A DNA stretch of 64,000 nucleotides from Azolla caroliniana. Its lineage: Eukaryota; Plantae; Polypodiophyta. Position 1 is the stretch's first letter. Every line of letters starts with the position of its first letter. Shown one piece after another: positions 1-12,880 of this stretch. Below the pieces are notes generated by a model. That model had not been told where the DNA came from. It saw only the letters and a list, made by a program, of their open reading frames with translations, and did no database searches. The stretch is taken from the NCBI GenBank assembly GCA_043228905.1, contig JBHGNT010000003.1:7812001-7876000 (forward strand), in the 5' to 3' direction. A program made the position numbers and the translations under genes.

Positions 1-1553
1 CATATATGTTTCATAAATTGTCATAAATAGTTTTGTTAATCTCTCAAAGCCCATCCCTTTCTGGAATGGTCCTAATTGAGTGGCATATTGAATACTAGGA
101 TTTGGAATGTGTTTATGTGATTTTAGGATGTGGAAGGCGGAATTTCTCATGTTGGTATTATGTATTGTAATTCTTTGCATAATATTGGGAATCAAAGTAT
201 GTTTTTGGTCAACTACAACTTCTTCACATCACTAATTAATGAAAAACTACACTACCAATCATTAGTGAAAAGGAAATCCTATTTTTGTTTGTGGGGTTGC
301 CTCTTTTAGATAGCAATGTGCACTATTTAAGTGACATTCTCATTTTATGGACAATATAGCATTACTATTTCACATCGCAAAGGTAAAGCAATTTTATCTT
401 GCTTAATTTGTTGTACTTTGTCAGCCAACAATTCTTCTATGCATGTGCAAATGAGTCTACAATTTGAATCTATTATGGTTCAACATTTAGTGTTGTCCTA
501 CCAATGAAATTTGATATTGGTAAAGTTACAATTGCCAAAGTGCATACATGTAGCAATTCTCCACTAAAAAAAGTGCTCACATCTGCACAAATATTGTGTT
601 TCGATGGAAAAGAAAGTCTCAAGTTTGATTTGATCGTATGGAAAACTTTGGCTTGATAATTTATGTAGCACATCATAGCCTTTAGGGTATTGTGAACTAG
701 GTTTCATGTACCTCGCCCATATATTAAGGCAAGGACTTTGTGAAAAAAAGAGAGATTCTATTTTCATTCTTTGTAGGTCAAATATAACACATGAGACCAA
801 GAATAAAATGTTTTAGTAATGCTTTGAAAGCTCGCCTTAAAAGGAGCAACCTCATATATGCTTTTGAAAAACATATCTTTTCGTGTGCATAATGATAACA
901 CCATAAAAATATGTGGATGTATGTTTGCAGAATCTAGCTATTGCTCATGCTTTAATGTTTAAGCATGAAGGTGAACATGCAAACATTTTTGCCAGATCAT
1001 TATTGTTTTAACTAGTGTGATTGTGGTTAAGGCAATATATGATTACGTGTTAGATTTATATAGGAATGTGTGATTTGTTTTTGTAAAATCGAATCCAAGG
1101 ATTGTTGATGAACATAGAATTGGTTCTAATATGGACATGGATTCGCAATATACTAAGTAGAATTGAATTTAAAGGACAAACAATATGCATAGATCACTTG
1201 AGTCTACCATCGTGTGTACGTGTCATGGTTGCTTGCACAAAGTGCATTCCAAAACCTTCTAGAATGAAGGAGAAGCCCAAAAATGAATGGGGTTTTTTTC
1301 ATTTCGAAACAAAACAATGGAGTCACAACAAATAATGAGTGCAGTTTATTAGATTTGAGCCAAGAATTTTCAATTTCGAAATGCTAGTTTGGTGAGCCTT
1401 GGTTATTGCAATGCTACAAATTTAATCCCTAATATTAGTTAATGTAAGTCACATTCTACATTTTCAATTAACTATTAGCGTGAATCATTAAAAACCTTTC
1501 CTTAGTAGTATTTTATAAAATAAATTTATTTTTATGACAATTATCTACATCAA

Positions 1554-1624
1554 GCACTGGTGGTCTAGTGGTAGAATAGTACCCTGCCACGGTACAGACC
1601 CGGGTTCGATTCCCGGCCAGTGCA
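1554..1624 (+). tRNA. tRNA-Gly(GCC)
   Basis: 71-nt sequence GCACTGGTGGTCTAGTGGTAGAATAGTACCCTGCCACGGTACAGACCCGGGTTCGATTCCCGGCCAGTGCA with acceptor stem GCACTGG/CCAGTGC, anticodon GCC and GGTTCGATTCC B box. CAA lies immediately upstream and a T-run terminator at 1645-1654. Matches the plant cytosolic tRNA-Gly type. Confidence 0.97.
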
Positions 1625-1706
1625 TTCTATTTAAACATTGTTCCTTTTGTTTTTCTAAGAGTAAAGAACCTACGACGACCGTAATAAAAACAATGTTTAA
1701 ATAGAA

Positions 1707-1777
1707 TGCACTGGCCGGGAATCGAACCCGGGTCTGTACCGTGGCAGGGTACTATTCTACCACTAGACCACCAGTGC
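1707..1777 (-). tRNA. tRNA-Gly(GCC), second identical copy, convergent with the first
   Basis: Exact reverse complement of 1554-1624. CAA upstream (ttg at 1778-1780) and a T5 terminator on the minus strand (aaaaa at 1686-1690). Confidence 0.97.
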
Positions 1778-2583
1778 TTGATGGGAAGTACTAAGGTCAT
1801 TTCTACTAATGTTTGTATTTTGCACTTTACTTATCCAAATCCTAATATTTACTCCTAATTAGTAAACAATCATGTTTCACCATTCTCAATGCTATCTAAG
1901 ACCATTTGAATTTGACATTTTGTAACCACATGTAGTACGAGAAGATGTGACCATTGCCATATACAATTTGGCCAAAGTCACCACTTACATTTGAGGTTGA
2001 CCTTAAAGACTGTTCATGCTCAAGTTTTGAACCAATTCAAGAACTAGTCATCTTATGTTCTACAATTCCATGCCATCATGGATATCATAACTTTGAAGGG
2101 AAAATATGTCAAAGCTCAGAAGGTGTGTTCAATGGATGAGAAAAACTTTGATATTGTTAAAGAGTTGAGTAGGTATTAGAAACTTTCCATGATCTACAAT
2201 CTAAAAAGGGATACAAAACATACATGTTTATCACCTAGGAAGCATTAAAAAAATAGCATTCTTGTTGATTGTGCATCAATCCCTCTTTAAACTCTCATTA
2301 AGTCACAAGAAGCATCAAGTAGCATTATACTGATCTAAGGAATTTTCCAAATACTGAGCAAGTAGCATATTGTCCAATCTCATGACAAATCGTCCAGAAA
2401 CATGATGAAATTTTGCCACCAATGGATGTAAAACGAGAGTGATAACTACTTAAAAAGAAGACTACTCTGTTTTTCCATGTGTAGCATTTCACATAGAAAA
2501 AGTAATGTCAAAACAGAAATTCACCTTTTTGCAAGCCGATATTACAAATATAATGAGGCCGAGGAATAATAATATTTATGAGA

Positions 2584-3489
2584 CTACAAGAGTTTCTTTC
2601 TGACAAAAAAGCTCTTTAGATACCATAGCTGCAAAGCCGCCAATACTAAGCATAGAGAAAGTGAAGAGATGCTGAACCATGCCATTCGAGAGTTTGTGAG
2701 CTCATTAACATGCCGCATCTTCTCCTCTCTGGCACAAGTAGCAGAAAACAAACACTGCTAAGAATACTATTTCATAAAGGAACACTACTAAGAATACCAT
2801 TATTTCATAAACAAACACTAGTAAGAATTCCAAATACACTACTTGTCTCTCAGGTACAACATATTGTCATGAATACTCTTCACGGCATCTTCCAGTCTCA
2901 ACAATTCGAGCTCCACGCCCTATACAATTAGCAAAAATATGAATTTATCTGACTTTTGCCCTAGTCAATCTCATCTCAAACAGTTTAGGCAAAACCTTGA
3001 TATATTAAGTTGTTGCCATATTTCTTACTTCGGCATTGTTATTCATAATTGATCCGACTACTTGATAAATTAGAATTGGAATTCGATTTTGACTGATACT
3101 TGGAAATAGTATTATTCATTACTAAATAGTGTGTTAATAGTTCCTTTGTGATGGTTCTTTCAATGAAAAACTAATAAAACCCCAAATACTCTTCTTACTC
3201 CATGATGTTGTGGATGCTTATAAAATGGGGAAGGAAAAAAGAAATAATGCTAAAAGTAGAGCAATTCAAAACATCTTACCTCGATTTTCTCGCGTTTAGC
3301 CACACTATCCCAATCTTTAGCTCCAATACCCGTTTTCCAATCTAACTCAACCGTGGCTTTGCTTTCTCTTGATGCATCAGATATCCAGAAACACGCAGTG
3401 TAATCACCTGCCTCGTTGGCATTGAATGCAAACTCCCCTTCGCTGACCCGTTCTTGAGAATAAACTGTTTTACCATATGGGGATGTAAC
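2584..3489 (-). CDS. p24-delta / EMP24-GP25L GOLD-domain transmembrane protein, exons 2-4 (3489-3280, 2919-2843, 2728-2584)
   Basis: GT-AG splicing with consistent phases gives VTSPYGKTVYSQERVSEGEFAF..GDYTACFW..VELDWKTGIGAKDWDSVAKREKIE/GVELELLRLEDAVKSIHDNMLYLRDK/EEKMRHVNELTNSRMAWFS..LQLWYLKSFFVRKKLL*. This is a GOLD domain, coiled coil, TM helix and FF plus KKxx ER-retrieval tail. Length is 213 aa with exon 1. Confidence 0.93.
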
Positions 3490-5062
3490 CTATCAAAAAC
3501 AAAAAAATACATCTATTTTCTCTCTCTAGCTTTATCATGAAAGTATTGTAGTACATTATGTACAATACAAAAAGTTATTAAAAAAAGTCTTATGCACAAA
3601 GATACCTGAAACAATGGTAGCACTCTTAAGAGATTTTGTAGTTTCCTATCTCTACTACAGCGAATTATGTACAATAGCAAAAGTTGCCACGAACATGCAC
3701 AGCACTAGATCACATGACCACTCTTGGAGACCAAGATAAGTGCTAGCACCCATCAACTGATAAGAACCCCAAATATTTTTCGATTGTTTTATAAAAAAAG
3801 TTGTTACAAAAATGCAAAGCAGGTCACATTATCAATACTTAAAAGATAGGCAATGATACCTGAAATGGAATAACAGTTAACCTTTCTATACTGATAAGAA
3901 GCCCAAAAGATTCTACAATTGTTTTATACAAAAAGCTGTTATAAAAGTGTAAAACTCTTAAGTCACGTGATCATTACATGATAGAGAAGCAATGATGCCC
4001 AAAACGAGATAAACTGCTAACAAATACAAACGGAGAAGAAACCCAAAGAAAATAATACAATAAATGTTTGCATCAGCAGTATAAGAGTCTATATGTACCA
4101 GAACTTGACAGGGACATTGGTATACAATCTCTCTAAATTCATGTTGGCACAGGGTCATAAACATGATTCTTCTGATTAACTCAAGGCTGGCATTCACTGC
4201 CTTTCCTACTCATCTGACCCATGCATTGGAATATAAGTATCACAGCATTGTAAGATTTTTAAAGCATGCATTAGCCCAGAGAAATAAGCCAGCTATGAAA
4301 CCTTGCATGGGTGAGCAAGAGCATCAGTAAATTGGCTAGCAAGATTATATATGTTCAACACATGAACAGAGGAGCAGGGGCACCTGCCATCACCACATGA
4401 GGGGGAGGCATGCGAACAAAACACCACAGATTGCCAATGTGCTGTAATGACTATCGGAGCTTGACTAGCCTGCTCTTGTGTCTGTACCTTTAACAATCAT
4501 TCCCCAAATGTTCACAGTGAGAACCATGTCACATGGTACAAAACCAGGGGAATTGCCACTAGGAGGAACAAAGGCAAAGGAATTGGTGCAAGAAGGAACA
4601 TTGGGTGTTTGTGTGATAGTCTGGCTCAATCTCTCTCATTTCTTTCCTAGTAGGAGGAACAAAGGCAAGGGAATCAGCACAACGAGGAACATTGGGTCTT
4701 TGTCTGATATACTCAATATAAAATCTTTCTCATTTCTTTCCTCGTAAAGTATGATTGTCTCACAGAAACTGCTGATGCACTTGTAATATGTCATCAACAT
4801 GCTCCGACTTAAACTCCCAATCATTAGTTTAAATGCAATGAGATATATGCACGAATTAATAGAGTAAGTGTATAATGCTTCTTCATAAGAAGACCAAACC
4901 AGCCTCCTGTGATGTTACGTCATGTATGCCTCTCAAATACACATTCAGAGGTATGAACCTAGAAAAAAATGTTATACATTGTAATTTGGACCTACAACTC
5001 AGTATTTTCAACACATCCATGAAGAATGTGAGAGGACAAGACTGTTGGAGGGTGCCAGCTCC

Positions 5063-8000
5063 TGTTGGGATTACGGTCCCTCCGGATGGGATGGTCGGAT
5101 GTCCGGAGATGAATGACGACAAGCCCGGTTGCGGTTTTGGAACCGGATGATGAAGACCCCGGCTTCGGAGCCGGATGACGAATGTACCCGGAGAGAGATC
5201 CGGATGCGGGGACATATCTGTGAATATGTTTGCCAAGGGCCCTTGAGGCTATAGTTGTAAATAGCCCTAAATATGACTTAGGGCAAACAGTTTTAAGTTG
5301 CTACCCATTTTTTTCTGTTTTTCCACTCAAGAGGAGTGAAGAGAGAGCAGCCGTGAGAGAGATAGAGCGTGAGAGACGAAGAGGTCGACGCCTCTGTGTA
5401 ATTCCGCCGCTTGTGGCGAGGACAGCGAGCTCAAGGTCGTCGCCTTGCAGCTCGCCATTATATATTTCTCTGTGCATAGTTTTGGTTCGGAGTCTTGTAC
5501 TCCCGTGGTTTTTCCCGTACAGGGTTTTCCACGTTAAATCGTGTGTCCACTTATTTACTTTTGCATTTCCCATTTTCTGCAACAACGATTCGTGTGTTTC
5601 CTTGGTTGTGGCCGAGAGGTGAAGTTTGGAAAGTGTCGATTATTTTCCATCAATTTGGTATCAGAGCAAGGTTGCTGCAGAAAATGGAAGGCGGCGGCAG
5701 CGGGCAGCCGGGGATGATGGTGCTGAATGCGCAGAATTACGCCGACTGGAAGATCAAGATGGAGGATCTTCTGATTGTTCGGGACCTGTACGAACCGATT
5801 GACAGGTCGGAAATACCGAAGGGGGTACTTGAGTCGGAATGGAGGCTTCTGAACCGGAAAGCCGTTGCAACCATTCGGCAATACGTCGACGTGAGCGTTC
5901 TACAACATGTGGCGAACGACATCAACGCATATGAGATGTGGCGGAAGCTGTCGGGCCTCTACGAGAGGAAGAATGCGTTGAACCGGACCTCCCTGATGAG
6001 GAAGATAGTGAACCTCAAGTACCGGGACGGCAAGAGTATGGTGGAACACGTAAGCACGTTCATGGGATTCGTGAACCAGCTTGCGGCGATCAAGTTCCCG
6101 CTGGAGGATGCAATGCAAGCCATCATTCTGATGTGTACATTGCCGGAAAGCTGGGAGAACTTGGTGGTGACTCTCAGAACCTCCTGCACGGAAGATAACT
6201 TGTCCCTACAAACGGTAAAGACAAGTATTTTGAACGAAGAAGCGCGTCGGAGAGATAAAGAACCGGCCTCCGACTCGAAGGCGTTGCTTACCGAATCGGA
6301 ACGGGGAAGACAATGGAACCGGAGTCCGCAAAGACGGGAGAAGTCGGGGACCCGGTCGCAGTCAAGAGGAAGACCCACATGCTTCCACTGTGGGAAGCCG
6401 GGGCACTTCCGGAAGAATTGTCGGCATTACCGAAAGGACAACGGAGCCGACGACACCGATTCGAAGAAGTCACCGGAGAGAAACGGTGCATACCGGGGAG
6501 CCACGGACCGGAGAGGTCCGGATCGGCGAGGGCAGGACCGGAAAGGAACGACGGCACTCGCGGCAAGTGAGGAAGAAATCATGCTCATCACCGAAGAAGG
6601 TGAACTAAACATTGCCGGCGATGAGACGACCTGGGTGGTCGATTCCGGAGCATCGTTCCACCTGACCCCGGAGAGAAGATACTTCTCATCCTACACAGTC
6701 GGTGAGCATGGCTGTGTTCGGATGGGAAATGAAGGTACGTGCCGGATTGCCGGCATAGGAGACGTGTGGTCGACAACCTCGACCGGATGCAAAATGCTGC
6801 TGAAGGATGTCCGACACGTTCCGGAGGTTCGATTGAACCTGATTTCGGCCGGGAGGCTAGACGATGAAGGCTACACAGGTAGCATCCGGAACGGCGTAAT
6901 GAAGTTCAGCAAGGGGAGCCTGATAGTGGCTCGGGCCCGGAAAGTCAACACACTGTACCTTATGAATGCCTGGTTGTGTCCGGAAGAGTTGAACGTGGCA
7001 GCCGACACTGCCGGTGAGCTGTGGCACAAGAGACTGTGCCACATGAGTGAGAAGGGGATGAAGAGGCTTGCAGAAGACAACCTTATTCCAGTGAAGCATG
7101 TGCACCTGGAGAAGTGCACCGATTGCCTGGCCGGTAAGCAGAACCGAACCTCCTTCCACTCAAGGCCACCGACGAGACGTAGCGCACCATTGGAGTTGGT
7201 GCACACTGATGTGTGTCAGGTAGAAACGAAGTCACATGGCGGAGCCCAGTACTTCGTAACATTCATTGATGATCACAGCCGGAAGCTGTGGACGGCACCG
7301 TTGAAGACAAAGGACCAAGTGTTGTGCGTCTTCAAAGAACTCCACGCGAGAGTGGAAAGGGAATCCGGCAAGAAGCTGAAAGCGATACGAGCGGATAACG
7401 GAGGGGAATACCGGGGGCAGTTCGCGGAGTACTGTCGCTCGAAGGGAATCCGGCTCGAGTTTACTGTGCCGAAGACGCCGGAACTGAACGGGCTGGCCGA
7501 GAGGATGAACCGGACCATAATGGAGAGGGTCCGGAGTATGCTGGCGCATGCGGAATTACCCAAGGGGTTTTGGGCTGAGGCGATGTCAACGGCGACATAC
7601 GTGATAAACAGATCACCCTCAGTACCTTTGGACGGAGACACGCCGCAGAGAGTGTGGACCGGTAGGGAAGTATCCTACCGGCATCTGAAGGTGTCCGGGT
7701 GTCTCGCATACGTGCATGTGGCAAAGGACCGGAGAGGAAAGCTAGATCCAAAGACCCGGCCATGCATATTCCTCGGTTACGGCGATGACGAGTTCGGCTA
7801 CCGAGTATGGGACCCGGTCGACAAGAAGATATTCCGGAGCCGTGATATCATTTTCATGGAGAACAAGACACTCGCCGACTGGGAGTCGGAGAAGAAGATG
7901 AAGAGCTCCAAGTCGACCGGTGAGGATAAACTCTACGAGGAGCAGTCCCGACCGGCAAGGGACCAGTTAACACTCGAAGATCCGGCCGAAGACGGTGAAG

Positions 8001-10373
8001 AAACAGAACCGGCCGAAGAAGATGAAAATGATACCGGAACTGGCCCCGATCCCGAAATGGATTCGGATGAAGAAGAATCGAAAGAACCGGTTACCGAAGC
8101 TCCGGAACGGAGATATCCTCTAAGAGAGAGAAGGGCTCCCCGGAGATTTCCGGAACCAGAGCACGTGCTGCTAACCGACGAGGGGGAGCCGGAGAGCTTT
8201 GAAGAAGCGAAACATGACACCCATAGCCGCAGGTGGTTAAGTGCCATGCAGGAGGAGATGGATTCCCTGCATGAGAACCACACATATGAACTTGTGGAGT
8301 TGCCGAAAGGAAAACGGGCACTCCGTAACAAGTGGGTGTTCAAGCTGAAACCGGGAGATGCCGGAAACCCCCCGAGATACAAAGCCAGGATCGTGGTGAA
8401 GGGGTTTCAGCAGAAGAAGGGCGTCGACTTCGACGAGATATTTGCCCCGGTAGTGAAGATGACCTCCATCCGGACGGTGCTGAGCATAGCGGCAAGCATG
8501 GACCTCGAGATAGAACAGATGGACGTGAAGATGGCATTCCTTCACGGTGACCTCGAAGAAGAGATCTACATGCAGCAACCGGAAGGATTCGAGAAGAAAG
8601 GGAAGGAGCACCTGGTATGCCGGTTGAAGAAGAGCCTTTACGGTCTGAAGCAGGCTCCCCGGCAATGGTACCGAAAGTTCGACTCCTTCATGACAGACGA
8701 AGGGTACCACAAAACGCAGTCCGATCACTGCGTGTTTGTGAAGAAGTACGAAGGAGAAGACTTTCTAATACTCCTCCTGTACGTGGACGACATGTTGATC
8801 GTCGGACGAGACCAGGTCAAGATACGGATGCTGAAGAAGGCTCTTCACTGAACCTTCTCAATGAAGGACCTGGGTCCGGCGAGGCAAATACTAGGGATGC
8901 ACATCATCCGGGACCGGAAGAAGAAGCAGTTGTGGCTGTCACAGGAGAAGTACGTGACAAAGGTGCTTCACCGGTTCAACATGTCGGAAGCAAGACCGGT
9001 CGGGTCAACACTCCCGGCAAACTGCAAGCTGTCCAGCAAGCAGAGCCCCAAGACAAAGGCTGAGAAGGAGGACATGATGAAAGTACCATATGCCTCTGCC
9101 GTCGGGAGCTTGATGTACGCAATGGTGTGTACCCGACCGGACATAGGATATGCAGTCGGAGTGGTGAGCCGGTACATGAGCAATCCCGGCAAAGAGCATT
9201 GGAACGCGGCCAAGTGGATACTCCGATACCTGAAGGGCACGGCAAACGTGTGCCTCCGATTCGGCTCCGGTAAGCCCGAACTCGACGGCTTCACCGATTC
9301 GGATATGTCGGCTGATGCAGATACCAGCCGGTCCACATCAGGGTATGTGATGACGTATGCAGGGGGAGCTGTTTCATGGCAGTCGAGGCTGCAGAAGACG
9401 GTTGCGTTGTCAACCACGGAGGCGGAGTACATGGCGGCTGTTGAAGCCGGCAAGGAAATAATATGGATGAAGGACTTCATTAGAGAGCTCGGTATCCGGC
9501 AGGAGGAGTACTGACTCTACTGCGACAGTCAGAGTGCAATCCACCTTGCGAAGAACGCGGCCTATCACTCCCGGACGAAGCACATCCAGCGAAGATATCA
9601 CTGGATCCGGGAAAGGATAGAAGACAAGGAGTTCGTGCTGACGAAGATCCACACGGACGAGAACGGGTCGGATATGCTGACCAAGGTGCTCACACCCGAC
9701 AAGCTGGAAGCATGCCGGAAGAGGATCGGATTGGAGAGACATCCCATGCCGAAGTGAAGGGGGAGTTTGTTGGGATTACGGTCCCTCCGGATGGGATGGT
9801 CGGATGTCCGGAGATGAATGACGACAAGCCCGGTTGCGGTTTCGGAACCGGATGATGAAGACCTCGGCTTCGGAGCCGGATGACGAATGTACCCGGAGAG
9901 AGATCCGGATGCGGGGACATATCTGTGAATATGTTTGCCAAGGGCCCTTGAGGCTATAGTTGTAAATAGCCCTAAAGTCATATGTGTATAAATATGACTT
10001 AGGGCAAACAGTTTTAAGTTGCTACCCATTTTTTTCTGTTTTTCCACTCAAGAGGAGTGAAGAGAGAGCAGCCGTGAGAGAGATAGAGCGTGAGAGACGA
10101 AGAGGTCGACGCCTCTGTGTAATTCCGCCACCTGTGGCGAGGACAGCGAGCTCAAGGTCGTCGCCTTGCAGCTCGCCATTGTATATTTCTCTGTGCATAG
10201 TTTTGGTTCGGAGTCTTGTACTCCCGTGGTTTTTCCCGTACAGGGTTTTCCACGTTAAATCGTGTGTCCACTTATTTACTTTTGCATTTCCCATTTTCTG
10301 CAACAACGATTCGTGTGTTTCCTTGGTTGTGGCCGAGAGGTGAAGTTTGGAAAGTGTCGATTATTTTCCATCA
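5063..10373 (+). mobile_element. Ty1/Copia LTR retrotransposon 'Copia-1', full length
   Basis: LTRs 5063-5652 and 9768-10373 (TG..CA), TSD GCTCC on both sides, tRNA-iMet PBS TGGTATCAGAGC at 5656-5667 and PPT GAAGGGGGAG at 9756-9765. Confidence 0.97.
5684..9757 (+). pseudogene. Copia gag-pol polyprotein with two premature stops
   Basis: Gag CCHC knuckle, protease WVVDSGAS, integrase, RT LLYVDDML and RNase H. In-frame TGA at 8849-8851 and 9512-9514 where the sibling copy has CGA. Confidence 0.93.
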
Positions 10374-11838
10374 GCTCCAGCTCCAGACCTGCACTCTCTT
10401 TCATCAATATTATCTCTCTTTTACATTCTCTCTTCCTAGATTCTTCTCTCTCCAGAATCTGCAACTCTTTAAATGTCTTCTCTCTCTAGCTTTAAATGCC
10501 TTCTTAATCTTCCATCTTTTCCAAGATATTCCCTTTTATTCCTAGTTTATTGTACCTGTTTGGTAGGATAAGAGTCTCTTAACTACCAAACAACCATTAC
10601 CAATTTTGTATAAATAGGCTACCAGCCTCTTTTGCAACTAGATTATTTTCTGTTGCTAGTTACAAAACAAGCTCTACTCTTTGGCTGTGTCTCCACTCTT
10701 TGCAACCATTTTTTCTACTCTCACAGCTTGGCTGTGTCTATTTTGTTCTAACAACTGTTCCACTACTGCTATTAGCAACTTTTCTCACAAACACATCGTC
10801 ATTACAAAGACATCTAGGGTTCAGAGAACATAAGGCCTTTCCAAAGAAGTTCATATAAAAGGAAACCACTAAACAGAGCACATCAGCATTGAGAGGGGTT
10901 GCTTTTCTCTTCCAAAGAGAATAATGTCCATGCATACAGGTAGGGAGGCAGATGTTAAGATCACACCCTAAGGGGCCTTTCCGACACATATTAACTGTGG
11001 AAATTACAAGTGCTCAAGCAACTGATTTGATGGAGCATACAATGAAGAAGTAAGACACAAATGCTATAGGTCATATGCTCAGAAATGAGCAAATATAAAT
11101 ACAATTTGATGGTGAATTTTCTAATGGCTTAACCCAGAAAGGACTTATGTAAAATAGGTTGTTAACCTAAGAATTAACTCCTATACTATATTAAAGTCTC
11201 CCCTTCTTTTGTTTAGCACCCATGAGCAGATTGATGGCACTTATTCACATTGGCATTCCCTTACAAGTGCTTTACCCATAACAACCACATCATCCAATTT
11301 GATCACAAGTCCATTTTATCTTATATAACACATTCCCATGTGACCTATATCATCCACCATGGAATCCTACATCATCAGACTTCGCTTTTGCATAGAAACC
11401 TCTTGCTCCATCCTCTTTGCAAACTCCACATCATTCGGCTAGACCTTTTCCTTTACATGTCTGGTATTCACTGCTTGAAAAATTTGCAGCATCTTCTTAA
11501 TCAATTCAGATCCCAGAGCCTTCATAAAGAGATCTGCACACTTGTTCTCAATACTCCAACGTCACCTCCTCATCCAAAATGAATTCTCACATGAAGTGAC
11601 ACTGAATCTCAATATTCTTGGTCCTCTAAAGGAACACCTCAATCAACATTTCAATTTACACCTCAATGAGTTCTCACATCCAAATGAGTTTTCCATCCCA
11701 AACGTATTACAAATTAGCCAGGTATTCTTAGTCTTGAGTTACAAATATCTCCTTTTTTATTTGATACTACTCTGCTCCTAGATAGAAGTGTAGAAGACCC
11801 AGATCCATCATCTTCAACTCAAAAAATAGCTTCCACTT

Positions 11839-12290
11839 TGTTAGAGCTAGCTACTAATGTAAGCATATGATAAGGATAATATAGATAGAAAAATAAGAGA
11901 AGAGAGAGAAAGAGGGGTGCCGATCCACCCGACCACCCCCGAGTGAAGGGATTGAGACGGACTCGAGCCTCGATCGGCGTCCAATACCACCGTTGTGGCA
12001 TCAAGTTGTACCTGGTACTGGCGCTCGCTACAAGAGTTGACCCACCACACAGACGAAGTCTCGAGATAGTCGATAAGGTATCATATGAGGGTAGCTAGGC
12101 CTCATATTTATAGCCAGACCTAAGGCCCCCAGGCAAGTTCACACTTGGCCTAATGGGTTGTCTCAATCCCAAGGATTAAAAGTAATCCTTCCCTTCTTTA
12201 CACTCTCGTTTAACCCTCACACTTTATCCACGTGTATTGAATACTACGGTAAAACTTACCACGGGATATTATATGGTCATGCCCGTAACA
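11839..12290. mobile_element. Solo LTR (452 bp)
   Basis: TGTTA...TAACA termini with perfect TSD CACTT at 11834-11838 and 12291-12295. No internal region. Confidence 0.85.
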
Positions 12291-12880
12291 CACTTGATCC
12301 AATCGAAATCTTCTTTTGCAGTGCTTGTGTGAACCATATCATCCACATAAAGTACAAAGATCAATGTCTGCTCACTTTCTGTTTTATGTAGAGTGCAGCA
12401 TCTGCTGGACATCTCAATCTACTCTCTGATGGCTGCTCCAAAAATACATCCATCAGATAGCCACCTAGGAGATTTGACATCCAACTGGTATGCTCGCCAA
12501 TTCTATGCTGCAGACGACCGCTCAAATCATTCTTTACCTTACAATTAGAGAAAATGTTTCCTCAAGATCTGCTCCTTCCACTGCACATACCCTTTTGCTA
12601 CGAGTCTTGCTTTGTACTTACCCAAAGACCCATCAGACACGAACATAGTTTTCCAGAATCATCTTCATCTGATGATCTTCTTGTTTCATCAATCCAACAA
12701 CTCCCAAGTCTGGTTGTCAGATATAGTCTTCAGCTGAGACTCCATAGCTTCTTTCCACCATGGATCTGTCATTGCCTCATCCAATGAGCTCAGCTCATTA
12801 TTGACAAGGACAGACACCATGCTAGATTGACAATCTGATTTGCTACAAACTTCCACTATGCCAACTTCTCTATCACCCTC

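Larger units (their letters stand above)
1548..1783. repeat. Perfect 95-bp inverted repeat containing both tRNA genes
   Basis: Arms 1548-1642 and 1689-1783 are reverse complements, separated by a 46-bp spacer. Confidence 0.95.

Noticed and set aside
1625-1706. Dicistronic tRNA-Gly-snoRNA (snoR43-type) downstream of the tRNAs
   Set aside because: No C box (RTGATGA) or D box (CTGA) pair follows either tRNA, and T-run terminators come within about 25 nt.
1548-1783. MITE or SINE interpretation of the tRNA inverted repeat
   Set aside because: No TSD and no poly(A) tail. Both copies are perfect tRNAs with a CAA leader and terminators.
5495-5683. N-terminal extension of the 1118-aa ORF
   Set aside because: It runs through the LTR and PBS. 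The sibling shows the true start is MEGGGSG at 5684.
4270-11160. Possible decayed ORF or TE in the sequence flanking Copia-1 (4270-5057, 10379-11160)
   Set aside because: It looks coding-like on the minus strand and has a ~90-bp duplication at 4561/4651, but I could not recognise a domain or termini.
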